Below are positions 25,641-34,448 of a stretch of 38,038 nucleotides of DNA, piece by piece; the first letter of the stretch is position 1, and every line of letters starts with the position of its first letter. The notes below the pieces were generated by a model. That model did not search any database. It saw only the letters and a program-made list of their open reading frames with translations, and was not told where the DNA came from. The translations under genes were made by a program, and so were the position numbers. The DNA comes from Patescibacteria group bacterium AH-259-L07 (GTDB lineage Bacteria > Patescibacteriota > Patescibacteriia > UBA2591 > UBA6264), in NCBI GenBank assembly GCA_027718005.1, contig JALLOP010000002.1:1-38038 (forward strand). The letters are read 5' to 3'.

Positions 25641-25797
25641 ACAATTAGAGGGGAATAATGTCGAGCTTACGGAATCAAAGCAACAGGTTTCGATTATTGA
25701 TTTAGCCGGACTGGAAGAAGAGGTTGCGAGGTTAAAAAAAGAATACGATGAGAAGCTGGCGATTTTAAAAGAAATTAAACAAAAATTGCCAAAATAA
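25618..25797 (+). CDS. 59-aa coiled-coil micro-protein (unlisted ORF)
   Basis: MTRFTKVKQLEGNNVELTESKQQVSIIDLAGLEEEVARLKKEYDEKLAILKEIKQKLPK. Its stop lies 1 nt before the next ATG. This replaces the antisense listed ORF 25539..25862. Confidence 0.45.
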   Translation: MTRFTKVKQLEGNNVELTESKQQVSIIDLAGLEEEVARLKKEYDEKLAILKEIKQKLPK

Positions 25798-25798
25798 T

Positions 25799-26206
25799 AT
25801 GCCACACGAAGAAGAGCAAACAAAATCGGAAGAGGAACCATTTGGTGATTTAGATTTACCAAAGCATATCCACGAACATAAACTTATTGAAAAAATTCTG
25901 CCTCATTTTACCGAGGTGATGGGAGGATCGTGGAATGTAGGAACTATAAATACGTGGGAAGTGAAGGACATCAGTGCTTTTGTGCCGAAGGGGACTTTGT
26001 ATGCCGATATTCTGATAGATAACACGGTCTCCGCGCTTGTGGTCGCAGGGGTGAGGGAGGTCGGATCATCACTGGACAGATTTAGAAATTTAGCCGCAAG
26101 TCACGGCATTATGATAATGACGGTTAAGGTCAATGTTGATCTTAAAATAGAGCACTATGCAGGGGCGACGGCAGTCGATTTCTGGGTGGTTGGCTATTAC
26201 TTGTAA
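25799..26206 (+). CDS. phage hypothetical protein (structural module)
   Basis: 135-aa ORF. Confidence 0.65.
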   Translation: MPHEEEQTKSEEEPFGDLDLPKHIHEHKLIEKILPHFTEVMGGSWNVGTINTWEVKDISAFVPKGTLYADILIDNTVSALVVAGVREVGSSLDRFRNLAASHGIMIMTVKVNVDLKIEHYAGATAVDFWVVGYYL

Positions 26207-26290
26207 TCTACTACATCTTTTGCCTATACGCTCTCCCTAGGGCAACCTCGCAAGGGAAAATGGGCGTTAAAGGGCATATAACATAATAAT

Positions 26291-27007
26291 ATGAAAAAAC
26301 AGGCTACAATCGACGCGGTAAAGCTTAATAAACGTATTGATGATAATGACACTGAACTCACCTCAACTATTTTAGAGGGTTTTTATGACAATGGTCTTCT
26401 CGCCGTCTCTTCAGCGTTAAAAAAGATTGATGAGGGCTGGTTTATAAATTATGACACTACCAATGATATTGATATCCAAAGCGGTATTTCAAAATATCCC
26501 TTGCCGACAGGAACAGTGGAGATCAAGGCGATGGAGGCGGCTCTTGACGGATCCAACTTTAAGAAAGTGACTATCAAGTATGTCAGGGAGTTAAAGCAGT
26601 CTTTCAAAGAGGAATTAGATAATAGAGGAAGCGAATCAAGTCCTGTTATTGTCGTGGTCGGGACTGATTTTTATATAATACCTAAACCGACAAAGAACGT
26701 TACTGACGGAATTAAAGGGGTCTATATTATCGTTCCGTCGGTTATAACAACTAGTAGCACCCCAGCCATTCCTGATATTTTGCAGGAAGATATTATTCTT
26801 TTTATGGAATGGAGGGTTGACAAGGTGCAGTCAACAAAGTCAGAAGCCGTTGCTTCGTATAACATTTATACAGCTCAGCTTAAACAGCATTTGAGCGAGG
26901 TAAAGCCAAAGGTTGATGATTCCTCGTCTCATCAAATGTTTCACGATCTTCCTGATCTTGTCAACCTGAGTCGAGGAAAAGGTTCACGCGGCCGCCTCCA
27001 GTTTTAA
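26291..27007 (+). CDS. phage structural protein (putative)
   Basis: 238-aa ORF in the structural module. Confidence 0.65.
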   Translation: MKKQATIDAVKLNKRIDDNDTELTSTILEGFYDNGLLAVSSALKKIDEGWFINYDTTNDIDIQSGISKYPLPTGTVEIKAMEAALDGSNFKKVTIKYVRELKQSFKEELDNRGSESSPVIVVVGTDFYIIPKPTKNVTDGIKGVYIIVPSVITTSSTPAIPDILQEDIILFMEWRVDKVQSTKSEAVASYNIYTAQLKQHLSEVKPKVDDSSSHQMFHDLPDLVNLSRGKGSRGRLQF

Positions 27008-27011
27008 CTTT

Positions 27012-27605
27012 TTGATTATGGTAAAAGGATTCAAACATTCAGATGAAACGAAAGAAAAACTAAGAAAAGCAAATTTAGGGAAAAAACATACCGAAGCAAC
27101 AAAGAGAAAAATGAGTGAAGCCCGTAGAGGAGAAAGACATCCTATGTTTGGTAAAAAATTCTCTGAAGAACATATAAGAAATTTAAGTAATGCTCTAAAA
27201 GGAAGAAAATTATCAAAAGAACATATAAAAAATGTGAGTATAGCTCTTAAAGGACATAAGGTTTCAGATGAAACTAAAAGAAAAATAAGTATAGCCAATA
27301 AAGGGAAATATATAGGAGTAGAAAATCCACGATGGAGGGACGGAAAATATAAAAATAATGGTTATCGGTATTTTCGTATGCCCGAACATCCATTTATTAA
27401 TATAAAAGGTTATATTGCAGAACATAGATATATGGCTGAATGTCTGCTCGGTCGGTTTCTTGAAAAAATTGAAGTAATACACCACATAGATGAAAACAAA
27501 GAAAATAATTTACCCGAAAACCTTTATCTTTTTTCTTCTGAATCTGGACATAGGAGACATCATAATCTTAAAAATAAACTTCAACTTACATCAAATCTAA
27601 TTTAA
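27012..27605 (+). CDS. HNH homing endonuclease (family A) with five NUMOD3-like repeats
   Basis: Repeats of the form S[DE]ETKxKxxxAxxG occur five times. C-terminal EHRYMAECLLGRFLEKIEVIHHID..NNLPENLYLF..H. Confidence 0.85.
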   Translation: MIMVKGFKHSDETKEKLRKANLGKKHTEATKRKMSEARRGERHPMFGKKFSEEHIRNLSNALKGRKLSKEHIKNVSIALKGHKVSDETKRKISIANKGKYIGVENPRWRDGKYKNNGYRYFRMPEHPFINIKGYIAEHRYMAECLLGRFLEKIEVIHHIDENKENNLPENLYLFSSESGHRRHHNLKNKLQLTSNLI

Positions 27606-27609
27606 TAAT

Positions 27610-29076
27610 ATGCCACAACACGAAATACAACCGATAACAGAAATAGAACCGCTTGAAGAATTGCCATTTGAACAGCGGAAACCAATAGATCCCGAACAGA
27701 TTAAAACACTCTACCGGGCCTATTTAGGCGAGGAATATAACCCAGTTACCGCCGAAACTCCCGGCGGATGGGCTGATATTATAAGACATCACATAGAAAA
27801 GAGGACTCCGGAGGCGGAGTTGATCAGCTTTTTAGGCGCGCATCCTCAAACTATGGAGAGAAGAAAGAAGATCGGGACAATTCAGGCAGGGGCGGCCGCC
27901 GGTGCTTCCTCCGCTGACATCGCCGCATATCTGCAATCACTGAAAACACCTTTTAGTGAGGAGGAAGTTGTCAAAAGGTTGCGCGAGGAGCTTGGTGTTC
28001 TCCCACTGGAGAAAGCTGTGTTTGAGCCAGAAAAGACGGCCGAGCAGATTTATCTTGATATCTTTCAGGAAAGAATGAAGGACGAGTCAGTGGTTGCGGC
28101 CAAACAGGAGATCTCCAAAGTTGACAAGCAGATAGCTGATCGGCGCGAGGCACTATCAATAGAATTGAGAGAAATTGAAGATAATCCCTGGTTGACAGAG
28201 ACGGGCCGGTCAAAGCGTTTTAGAAAGAAACAAACCGAGGCAATGGAGGATATAAATAATTTTATCAACCAGAGAAAACAATTTGAAAGTGTTGTTGATT
28301 TTGCCCTGACAGAGGCGGAGCGTTCTGCCCAGCAACAGTCAGCAATTTATATGGGAGAGATAGGCAGATCAAAGGAGTATCTGGAGTATCTTCAAAAAAG
28401 GATTGGAGAGGAAGTGGGACGTGAAAGAGAGGGGTTTGAAGCTGAACGGTTACGAAGAGGAGTTGAATTTACTCCTGAAATTTGGAAGGAACAGGCGAGG
28501 CTGGCTGGAGAAGAAGAAAAGAGAAAACTTGAAAAAGAAGAGGGTAAAGAAAAGAGAGACCATATAAGAAAGTTACAACAAAAGTATCCTGATGTTGGTA
28601 TTTTAGAGACCGACACTCCGGAGATGATTGCAGGTAAGATCAAGAAATCAGGAGTATTCAGAAAGGAGATTTATATTAAGCCACCGAAGGAGGAAAGAAT
28701 AACTGATGGTTTAAGCGATAGAGACAGAGCAAAACAGTTTTTAACTGATAATCCTGACGCTTCTGACGATGAACTATTTAATGCTATTAGAGAGAATACT
28801 AAATTAAGCATTACTGATTCAAGGAGTTTAATTAAAACAAGAGAAAAGCCACAATTTTTAGATAGTGCTTATATTTATGGTCTTTATACAAGAGAAGAGT
28901 TAGAAAATAAGGTTAAAGATGCGGGATATAATAAATTATTATTAACAAGAGACCAAGAAATACAAAATTATATAAACGATTTAATGAATTATGTTAAACG
29001 ATATAGAGATGCAGGCTATTCAGATAAAGAGATTGAAGGCTGGTTAGATTCTATACACGAAGAAAAATTAAAATAA
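27610..29076 (+). CDS. charged coiled-coil virion or internal protein (putative)
   Basis: 488-aa ORF whose stop lies 1 nt before the giant downstream ORF. Confidence 0.65.
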   Translation: MPQHEIQPITEIEPLEELPFEQRKPIDPEQIKTLYRAYLGEEYNPVTAETPGGWADIIRHHIEKRTPEAELISFLGAHPQTMERRKKIGTIQAGAAAGASSADIAAYLQSLKTPFSEEEVVKRLREELGVLPLEKAVFEPEKTAEQIYLDIFQERMKDESVVAAKQEISKVDKQIADRREALSIELREIEDNPWLTETGRSKRFRKKQTEAMEDINNFINQRKQFESVVDFALTEAERSAQQQSAIYMGEIGRSKEYLEYLQKRIGEEVGREREGFEAERLRRGVEFTPEIWKEQARLAGEEEKRKLEKEEGKEKRDHIRKLQQKYPDVGILETDTPEMIAGKIKKSGVFRKEIYIKPPKEERITDGLSDRDRAKQFLTDNPDASDDELFNAIRENTKLSITDSRSLIKTREKPQFLDSAYIYGLYTREELENKVKDAGYNKLLLTRDQEIQNYINDLMNYVKRYRDAGYSDKEIEGWLDSIHEEKLK

Positions 29077-29077
29077 T

Positions 29078-32000
29078 ATGGCTCTTGATTTATCTGCCTT
29101 TGGCATTAAAACTAAAGACCCTATTGAAGAAAAAGAACCAGAGATAGGTAAATTAAACCTATCCGCTTTTCAAATACCGCAATTTTTGGGTGGTGGAGAA
29201 TTTAGAGGACGATCAACCTTACAGCCCAGCGAATTAGAACCTTTTAAAACAGAAAGAGGTGGATTAGGAACTATTGAAAAACGAGAAATAAGAGGTGGCA
29301 CATTTTTAGAAACAGAAAAAGAAGTTGATCACATTATACCCCTTGCATTAGGAGGGACAGAAGATCCTCATAATTTACAGGCATTAAAAAACAAAAAAAC
29401 AATCACTCAAACCATTTTTGACGCTTTTACTGGCAAGAAAAGACTGCCAAGTGATTATAAACCAAAAAATCGGCAAGAAGGCAAAATGGTCGTAGAATGG
29501 AAAGCTATAAATAAATATGAAAGTGGTGAAATTAGCTTGGCAGAAGCTCGTGGTGCGGTGATAAATTGGGAAGACCCTGCTATATTTTTACACGAAGAAA
29601 GAGAAAAACTTAAACCCCCTATTGATATATTTGATTTATTTAAAAAAAAAGAAGAGCCAAGATTTGAAATTCCTATAACAGAAGAAGAAAAAAGGAGAGT
29701 AGTCAAACCATCGTTGCTTCCTGAACCATCAATTTGGAAAGGTAATTTACCAGAATTTGTTAAACATAGTTTTAAAAAACAATTACAAAAAGAGAGAATA
29801 TATAGTTGGTTCATTAAAACACAACCAGAAAGAAATAGAGAAATACAAACATTTGCACCTTTGATATTTACCTATGAAGGAAGGAATAAATTAGTTGAAC
29901 AAGGTAAAATTACTCCAGAAGAGGCAGAGATATATTCTGTAATTCCAGAGTATCTTCCAGTTTTTACTGGTATGAGACAAATGGGAGTTAAAGAATTAAC
30001 AAAAATGATTGGAAAAGCCTCTGAATATAAAAGTGGACAGCAATTTGCTGAAGCAATCGCTAAAAAATTTGGCACGAATGTTACTGAAGTCAATAAGGGG
30101 TTTGCTAAATTCGGTATGCCAAATGCTCAAAAATTATGGGAATTTGCTACTGGCAGAACAACGGCTTTGACAATACCTAAAAGGCCAATTCCGGGCATTA
30201 AAGGAAAACCGCCAATTATAACTCCGCCTCCTGCTCCTGTGAAACCAGTCTTACCTGTTTTACCAAAAATTCCTGTTAAACCAGTTTCTAAAATTACCGA
30301 AAAAGTTAAGATACCAACAATTCCGTCAGTTGGGGTTAAACCAGAAGTAAAACCAGTTGTTCCAGAAGAAGTTAGACCATTGCCTAAAGATATCAAAAGA
30401 GTGGAGCCGGAAGTAAGGGTTACAGAGAGAGAATTAAGAGAGGTTATTTCTAAAGAGCTTAGACCATTGGCAGAGGAAGTAAAAAAGTTTAAGAGTCCTG
30501 AAGAATTTATTAAAAAATTAAAGTCTATTGATGATGAATTGGTAAGATTGCGTTCAACAATACCGACGATTGAAAAAAGAATCCAGAAACTTCCAAAAGA
30601 AGATAGATTTTTAGCTGAAGTTGTAGCAGGAGAAAAATTACAGCCAGACATTATAAGGGCTTTTACTGAGAAATTTGACGTTGGAGAGGATGCCTTGAGG
30701 AGGTTTTTTAATCTTGCCAAAGTAATAGAATTTAAACCAAAAGTTAAGCCAATTCTTAAAGGATTAGAACCTCTTGCTAAAGAGGCGAGGAAGTTTAAGA
30801 GTTCAGAGGAGTTTGTAGATTTTATTGAAAAAAGTATTGTAAAAAGAAAAATTGAAGTTCCTGTTGGAATGAAAGGAATCCCTGAAGTAGAGAGAGAAAT
30901 AAATAGATTACAAAATATAATTCGTAAAAATTTTGTTGTAGATGCTAAACTTTCTAAATCTCAACTCACCGACTTCTATAATCAAGCAGTAAAAGAAGTT
31001 AAGCCTATTGTTAAAGCTAAAACCAAAGTAAAACCCAAATTAAAGCCAGAAAAAGTCCCAATAAAAGCAGTAAGCGATTTTAAAAATTTTATAAACCTCA
31101 AGAAAATCAAAACAAAAGACATTCCATATAAAGAGATGGACATTGCTGAAAGAACGACGCCAAAAGGTAATAAACTCCCAGCAATAAGAAAAACAGGATT
31201 TTTTGCCACTAAAGATATAGAAGATGCTTTTGTAAGAGATGTTTATAATCAAACACTTCCACCGCATTTAATGGCGTTAAAACAAGATGGATATAAATTG
31301 GGTGGTAAATTTGGAGTTATTTTTAGAAGAATATGGAAACCAACTGAAAAAGCTATTAGAAATGAAAAAGAATTTATATCTTCGCACAGCAAATTGATAA
31401 GACAGTTAGGGAAAAAACATCATATCAAGCCCTCTGAAAAAAACTTAAAACATTTATCAGATGTCATAGAGGGCAAAGTTAAAGCTACCCCAAAAGAAGA
31501 AGCATATCTCAAGGAATTAAGAACAGTATTAGATGATTTAAGAAATCAAGCCAATGCGGTAAGAAGGATAATGGGTAAAAAAGAAATTGGCTATATAGAA
31601 AATTATATCCCTCATATACAAAAAACAGCCTTGTGGAGTGAATTATTGTCTAATAGGGCTACAATATCAGATAATTTAGATTTTATTATTCCCAATCAAG
31701 CTAAAAATCCTTTTGCCTATAAAAGAATGTTTGAATTATTGCCTGATGCAGAAAGAAATTTATATATTCTTTTAGATAGATATATCAGGGCAATATCTAA
31801 AGACATTTATCTTGCGCCTGCCATTGAAAATATAAAAGTATATAATAGTGTTTTAAAAAATAGAGAATTGACAAATGCCTCCAGATATTGGGATGAATAT
31901 ATAAGAACAGGATTGATTGGGAAACAACATAAACTTGATTTATCATTAAGCATAGGATTAAAAGGAAGAAAAGTATTGCAAAAATGGAATAACATGGTTA

Positions 32001-33103
32001 ATTTAGCTTTTTTAACAGGCAAGGTGGCTTGGAATTTAGCAACCCAGCCATTGTCTTATATAATGAATGTTCCAATGGAAACTGGTATCAGAAATTCAAT
32101 TATAGCTATTGGCAAATCTTTCAATAAGTCATTAAGAGAATATGTTAAAATAAATTCAAATGTATTGGCTATCAAAAGCGGAGATATTAGGGCAATAGCC
32201 ATTGGAGAGGGAAGAAATATACAAAATAGAATTTATAAAACCAAGATAAATCACTACAACGATTTTATTTCTATGTTGGGATCGATAGAAGAAAGGGAAT
32301 TAACAAGAGCTTCCTTTATAGCTGGATTAGAACGAGCAAAACAATTAGGACTTAAGGGCGAAGATACTATATGGTTTGCTGATTTAACTGCCGCAAGAAC
32401 ACAATCAATGTATAATAAAGAAAATAGAGCATTGATATTAAATAGCGACATTGCAAGAACCATGTTTCCTTTTCAAAGTTTTTCTGTTGAAATGTTTAAT
32501 CATTTTAAAGAAATATCCACCAAGGCAAGTGGGGCAATGCGATTAACATATAGACAGAGATTTGGTAAATTATTTGGATTGTTAGTTGGGTTGTATTTAG
32601 CAAATTTATATTCGGAAGCATTAACGGGACGCAAAAAAACAACAATCGGCACTTTTGTTCCTTTCTTTGGGGCTTATGTTGATATGTTAATTGCCAAAGG
32701 GGCAGGCAAAGAATATTATGGTGGTAGAAGCCCTATAACTGTTATTCAAATATTACGAGATGGCTTAGATGGAGCGAGGGATTATATAGAGCATGGAAGT
32801 ATAAAGAGATTAAGAAAACTTGCTCTTAATTTCGGATTAGCACTTGGAGGAATTGGCGGAGGGGGACAAATAAACAATATCATAGATGGCATAATGGCTA
32901 ATATAAACGAAGATGTTAGAAATATCAAAGGAGATGTTATGTTTGAAGTAAAAGATGCCGAAAGTAAAATAAAAGCACCTATTTTTGGAATATGGGCTAC
33001 AAAAGAAGGCAAAGAATATTGGTTGCCAAAAGAAAAGAAAAAGAAGCCTGGTTTACCCAAATTACCAAGTCTTCCTAAATTACCTAAGTTACCTAATATT
33101 TAA
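29078..33103 (+). CDS. giant virion protein (tape-measure or ejection-protein-like) with an N-terminal HNH-type motif
   Basis: - 1341 aa.
- EVDHIIPLALGGTEDPHNLQAL near residue 85.
- A Pro-rich PxxP/KP tract.
- Duplicated PLA.E..KFKS.EEF motif.
- C-terminal hydrophobic helices and GGIGGGGQ. Confidence 0.75.
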   Translation: MALDLSAFGIKTKDPIEEKEPEIGKLNLSAFQIPQFLGGGEFRGRSTLQPSELEPFKTERGGLGTIEKREIRGGTFLETEKEVDHIIPLALGGTEDPHNLQALKNKKTITQTIFDAFTGKKRLPSDYKPKNRQEGKMVVEWKAINKYESGEISLAEARGAVINWEDPAIFLHEEREKLKPPIDIFDLFKKKEEPRFEIPITEEEKRRVVKPSLLPEPSIWKGNLPEFVKHSFKKQLQKERIYSWFIKTQPERNREIQTFAPLIFTYEGRNKLVEQGKITPEEAEIYSVIPEYLPVFTGMRQMGVKELTKMIGKASEYKSGQQFAEAIAKKFGTNVTEVNKGFAKFGMPNAQKLWEFATGRTTALTIPKRPIPGIKGKPPIITPPPAPVKPVLPVLPKIPVKPVSKITEKVKIPTIPSVGVKPEVKPVVPEEVRPLPKDIKRVEPEVRVTERELREVISKELRPLAEEVKKFKSPEEFIKKLKSIDDELVRLRSTIPTIEKRIQKLPKEDRFLAEVVAGEKLQPDIIRAFTEKFDVGEDALRRFFNLAKVIEFKPKVKPILKGLEPLAKEARKFKSSEEFVDFIEKSIVKRKIEVPVGMKGIPEVEREINRLQNIIRKNFVVDAKLSKSQLTDFYNQAVKEVKPIVKAKTKVKPKLKPEKVPIKAVSDFKNFINLKKIKTKDIPYKEMDIAERTTPKGNKLPAIRKTGFFATKDIEDAFVRDVYNQTLPPHLMALKQDGYKLGGKFGVIFRRIWKPTEKAIRNEKEFISSHSKLIRQLGKKHHIKPSEKNLKHLSDVIEGKVKATPKEEAYLKELRTVLDDLRNQANAVRRIMGKKEIGYIENYIPHIQKTALWSELLSNRATISDNLDFIIPNQAKNPFAYKRMFELLPDAERNLYILLDRYIRAISKDIYLAPAIENIKVYNSVLKNRELTNASRYWDEYIRTGLIGKQHKLDLSLSIGLKGRKVLQKWNNMVNLAFLTGKVAWNLATQPLSYIMNVPMETGIRNSIIAIGKSFNKSLREYVKINSNVLAIKSGDIRAIAIGEGRNIQNRIYKTKINHYNDFISMLGSIEERELTRASFIAGLERAKQLGLKGEDTIWFADLTAARTQSMYNKENRALILNSDIARTMFPFQSFSVEMFNHFKEISTKASGAMRLTYRQRFGKLFGLLVGLYLANLYSEALTGRKKTTIGTFVPFFGAYVDMLIAKGAGKEYYGGRSPITVIQILRDGLDGARDYIEHGSIKRLRKLALNFGLALGGIGGGGQINNIIDGIMANINEDVRNIKGDVMFEVKDAESKIKAPIFGIWATKEGKEYWLPKEKKKKPGLPKLPSLPKLPKLPNI

Positions 33104-33204
33104 AATGTTTCTTCCAAATAAATCCCAAATACCACACCCATTAAAATTAAACCTATTATAAGCATCCAATATACTTCTGCATCTTCTTTTAATATATTTT
33201 TCAT
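33100..33204 (-). CDS. 34-aa single-pass membrane peptide (unlisted ORF)
   Basis: MKNILKEDAEVYWMLIIGLILMGVVFGIYLEETF. Same strand as the 33333..34112 gene. Its stop overlaps the stop of the giant ORF. Confidence 0.3.
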   Translation of the reverse strand: MKNILKEDAEVYWMLIIGLILMGVVFGIYLEETF

Positions 33205-33332
33205 AAACTATTTCTTATGACTAAAAAAATTAAAACTCAAGGCAAAATTTACTTCGCTAACGGAAAATATTTTGGAGTTATCGGAAAAGTTAAACAAAAG
33301 AATAAAGATAAATATTCAAATTCTTAAAAAGG

Positions 33333-34112
33333 TTAAAATAGAGGATTATCAATCCATTGTAGCGTTTTGTTGATTTCCTCTAATTTACTATTTAATGTAT
33401 CCATTTGACTTCTACTAATTGATCTATCAAGTTGATCAAGGTAATCATAAATAGATGGATCAATAGGGGCAACAGAATACTCTAATTTAAGTTTTAGCTT
33501 AGTAAGTTCTAATCGGGCTGATTCGGCCATTTCTTTATAAGCGAGCGCGGCCTCAAGGGCTTTCACATAATCTTCTAATACTTCGCTTATCGCTTTCTCA
33601 AATTTTATATCCACATCACTTTTATTATAACTATTTTGAGCTAATGTTTCATACGCTTCCTGCCATTCTGTAACATTGTCTATACAAGTATTCCGGTCCT
33701 GCAGAATTACTAAATGTTCATTTTTAAAGAAATTTAAATCTTTCTGACATTGCTGATACCCTGGATTATCCTTATAAACAATCTTTTCAACCGGTATTTC
33801 TTTGATAATTTCTTTTGGGACTTCCTTAATAATTTCCTTGACGACAATTTTTTCAACAGGGACTTCCTTAATTATTATTTCGGGTTCGCAAATTTTTGTA
33901 GAGGAAGATTCAGAGGAAGATTCATAGGAAGATTTTTTTGGTGATGTTTCAATTTGAGACAATTCTTTTTTAAACACTTGACCAACTGAAGATTTTATAT
34001 TTGACCACGAAAACCAATCAAAAAAACCAGCATTAGCCGGTTGAATATTAATAAAAGATAATAATAAAAGAAGAGATATAACGATTATTAAATTCTTTTT
34101 ACCCCACATCAT
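33333..34112 (-). CDS. secreted or membrane-anchored repeat protein (moron candidate)
   Basis: N-terminal signal/anchor LIIVISLLLLLSFINIQPANA. KEVPVEKIVVKEIIKEVPKEIIKEIPVEKIV repeats. Coiled-coil C-terminus. Opposite strand with its own promoter. Confidence 0.7.
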   Translation of the reverse strand: MMWGKKNLIIVISLLLLLSFINIQPANAGFFDWFSWSNIKSSVGQVFKKELSQIETSPKKSSYESSSESSSTKICEPEIIIKEVPVEKIVVKEIIKEVPKEIIKEIPVEKIVYKDNPGYQQCQKDLNFFKNEHLVILQDRNTCIDNVTEWQEAYETLAQNSYNKSDVDIKFEKAISEVLEDYVKALEAALAYKEMAESARLELTKLKLKLEYSVAPIDPSIYDYLDQLDRSISRSQMDTLNSKLEEINKTLQWIDNPLF

Positions 34113-34118
34113 ATTTTA

Positions 34119-34146
34119 ATTATAACAGATATTAGAAAAAAGTCAA
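34119..34146 (-). promoter_or_regulatory. sigma70-like promoter giving a leaderless or near-leaderless mRNA for the 34112 gene
   Basis: On the minus strand: TTGACT (34146..34141), a 16-nt spacer, then TATAAT (34124..34119). Only 6 nt separate the -10 from the ATG. Confidence 0.5.
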
Positions 34147-34147
34147 T

Positions 34148-34375
34148 ATGCCAGATAAAATTTCACCAAAAAATAATGAACAAGATAGACAATTAGCCAA
34201 AGTTGAACAAAGAGTTGAAGATTGGTTTGTTTTGTTTGATAAATTTATAATTAACGATTTTCATTCTCTTAAAAAAAGAGTAGAAAAGATTGATATTCGC
34301 GTTTGGGGGATTCTGATTACTCTTATAACAATTCTTTTAGGAGTGATTGGTATTTTAGTAAAGTTGTTTAAATAG
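34148..34375 (+). CDS. tail-anchored small membrane protein, XhlA-like or holin-associated (putative)
   Basis: 75 aa with an N-terminal coiled coil and a single C-terminal TM (VWGILITLITILLGVIGILV). It lies directly upstream of the putative endolysin. Confidence 0.5.
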   Translation: MPDKISPKNNEQDRQLAKVEQRVEDWFVLFDKFIINDFHSLKKRVEKIDIRVWGILITLITILLGVIGILVKLFK

Positions 34376-34448
34376 AGATGTATGTCATATCAACTCTTTT
34401 ATAAAAATGCACCACAAGTGATTCTGGTGCGTCACAAACACAAAAAAT

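Noticed and set aside
25539-25862. Listed 107-aa minus-strand ORF
   Set aside because: It overlaps two tightly packed plus-strand small ORFs and the start of the 25799 gene. Its sequence is low-complexity and hydrophobic, as is typical of antisense frames in AT-rich DNA.
30127-30720. Listed 197-aa minus-strand ORF, and similar ones at 16895..17233, 19236..19541 and 29455..29814
   Set aside because: All lie antisense within long, well-supported plus-strand genes rich in Lys/Glu/Pro codons. Such regions give long stop-free antisense frames with Ser/Leu/Gly-rich products.
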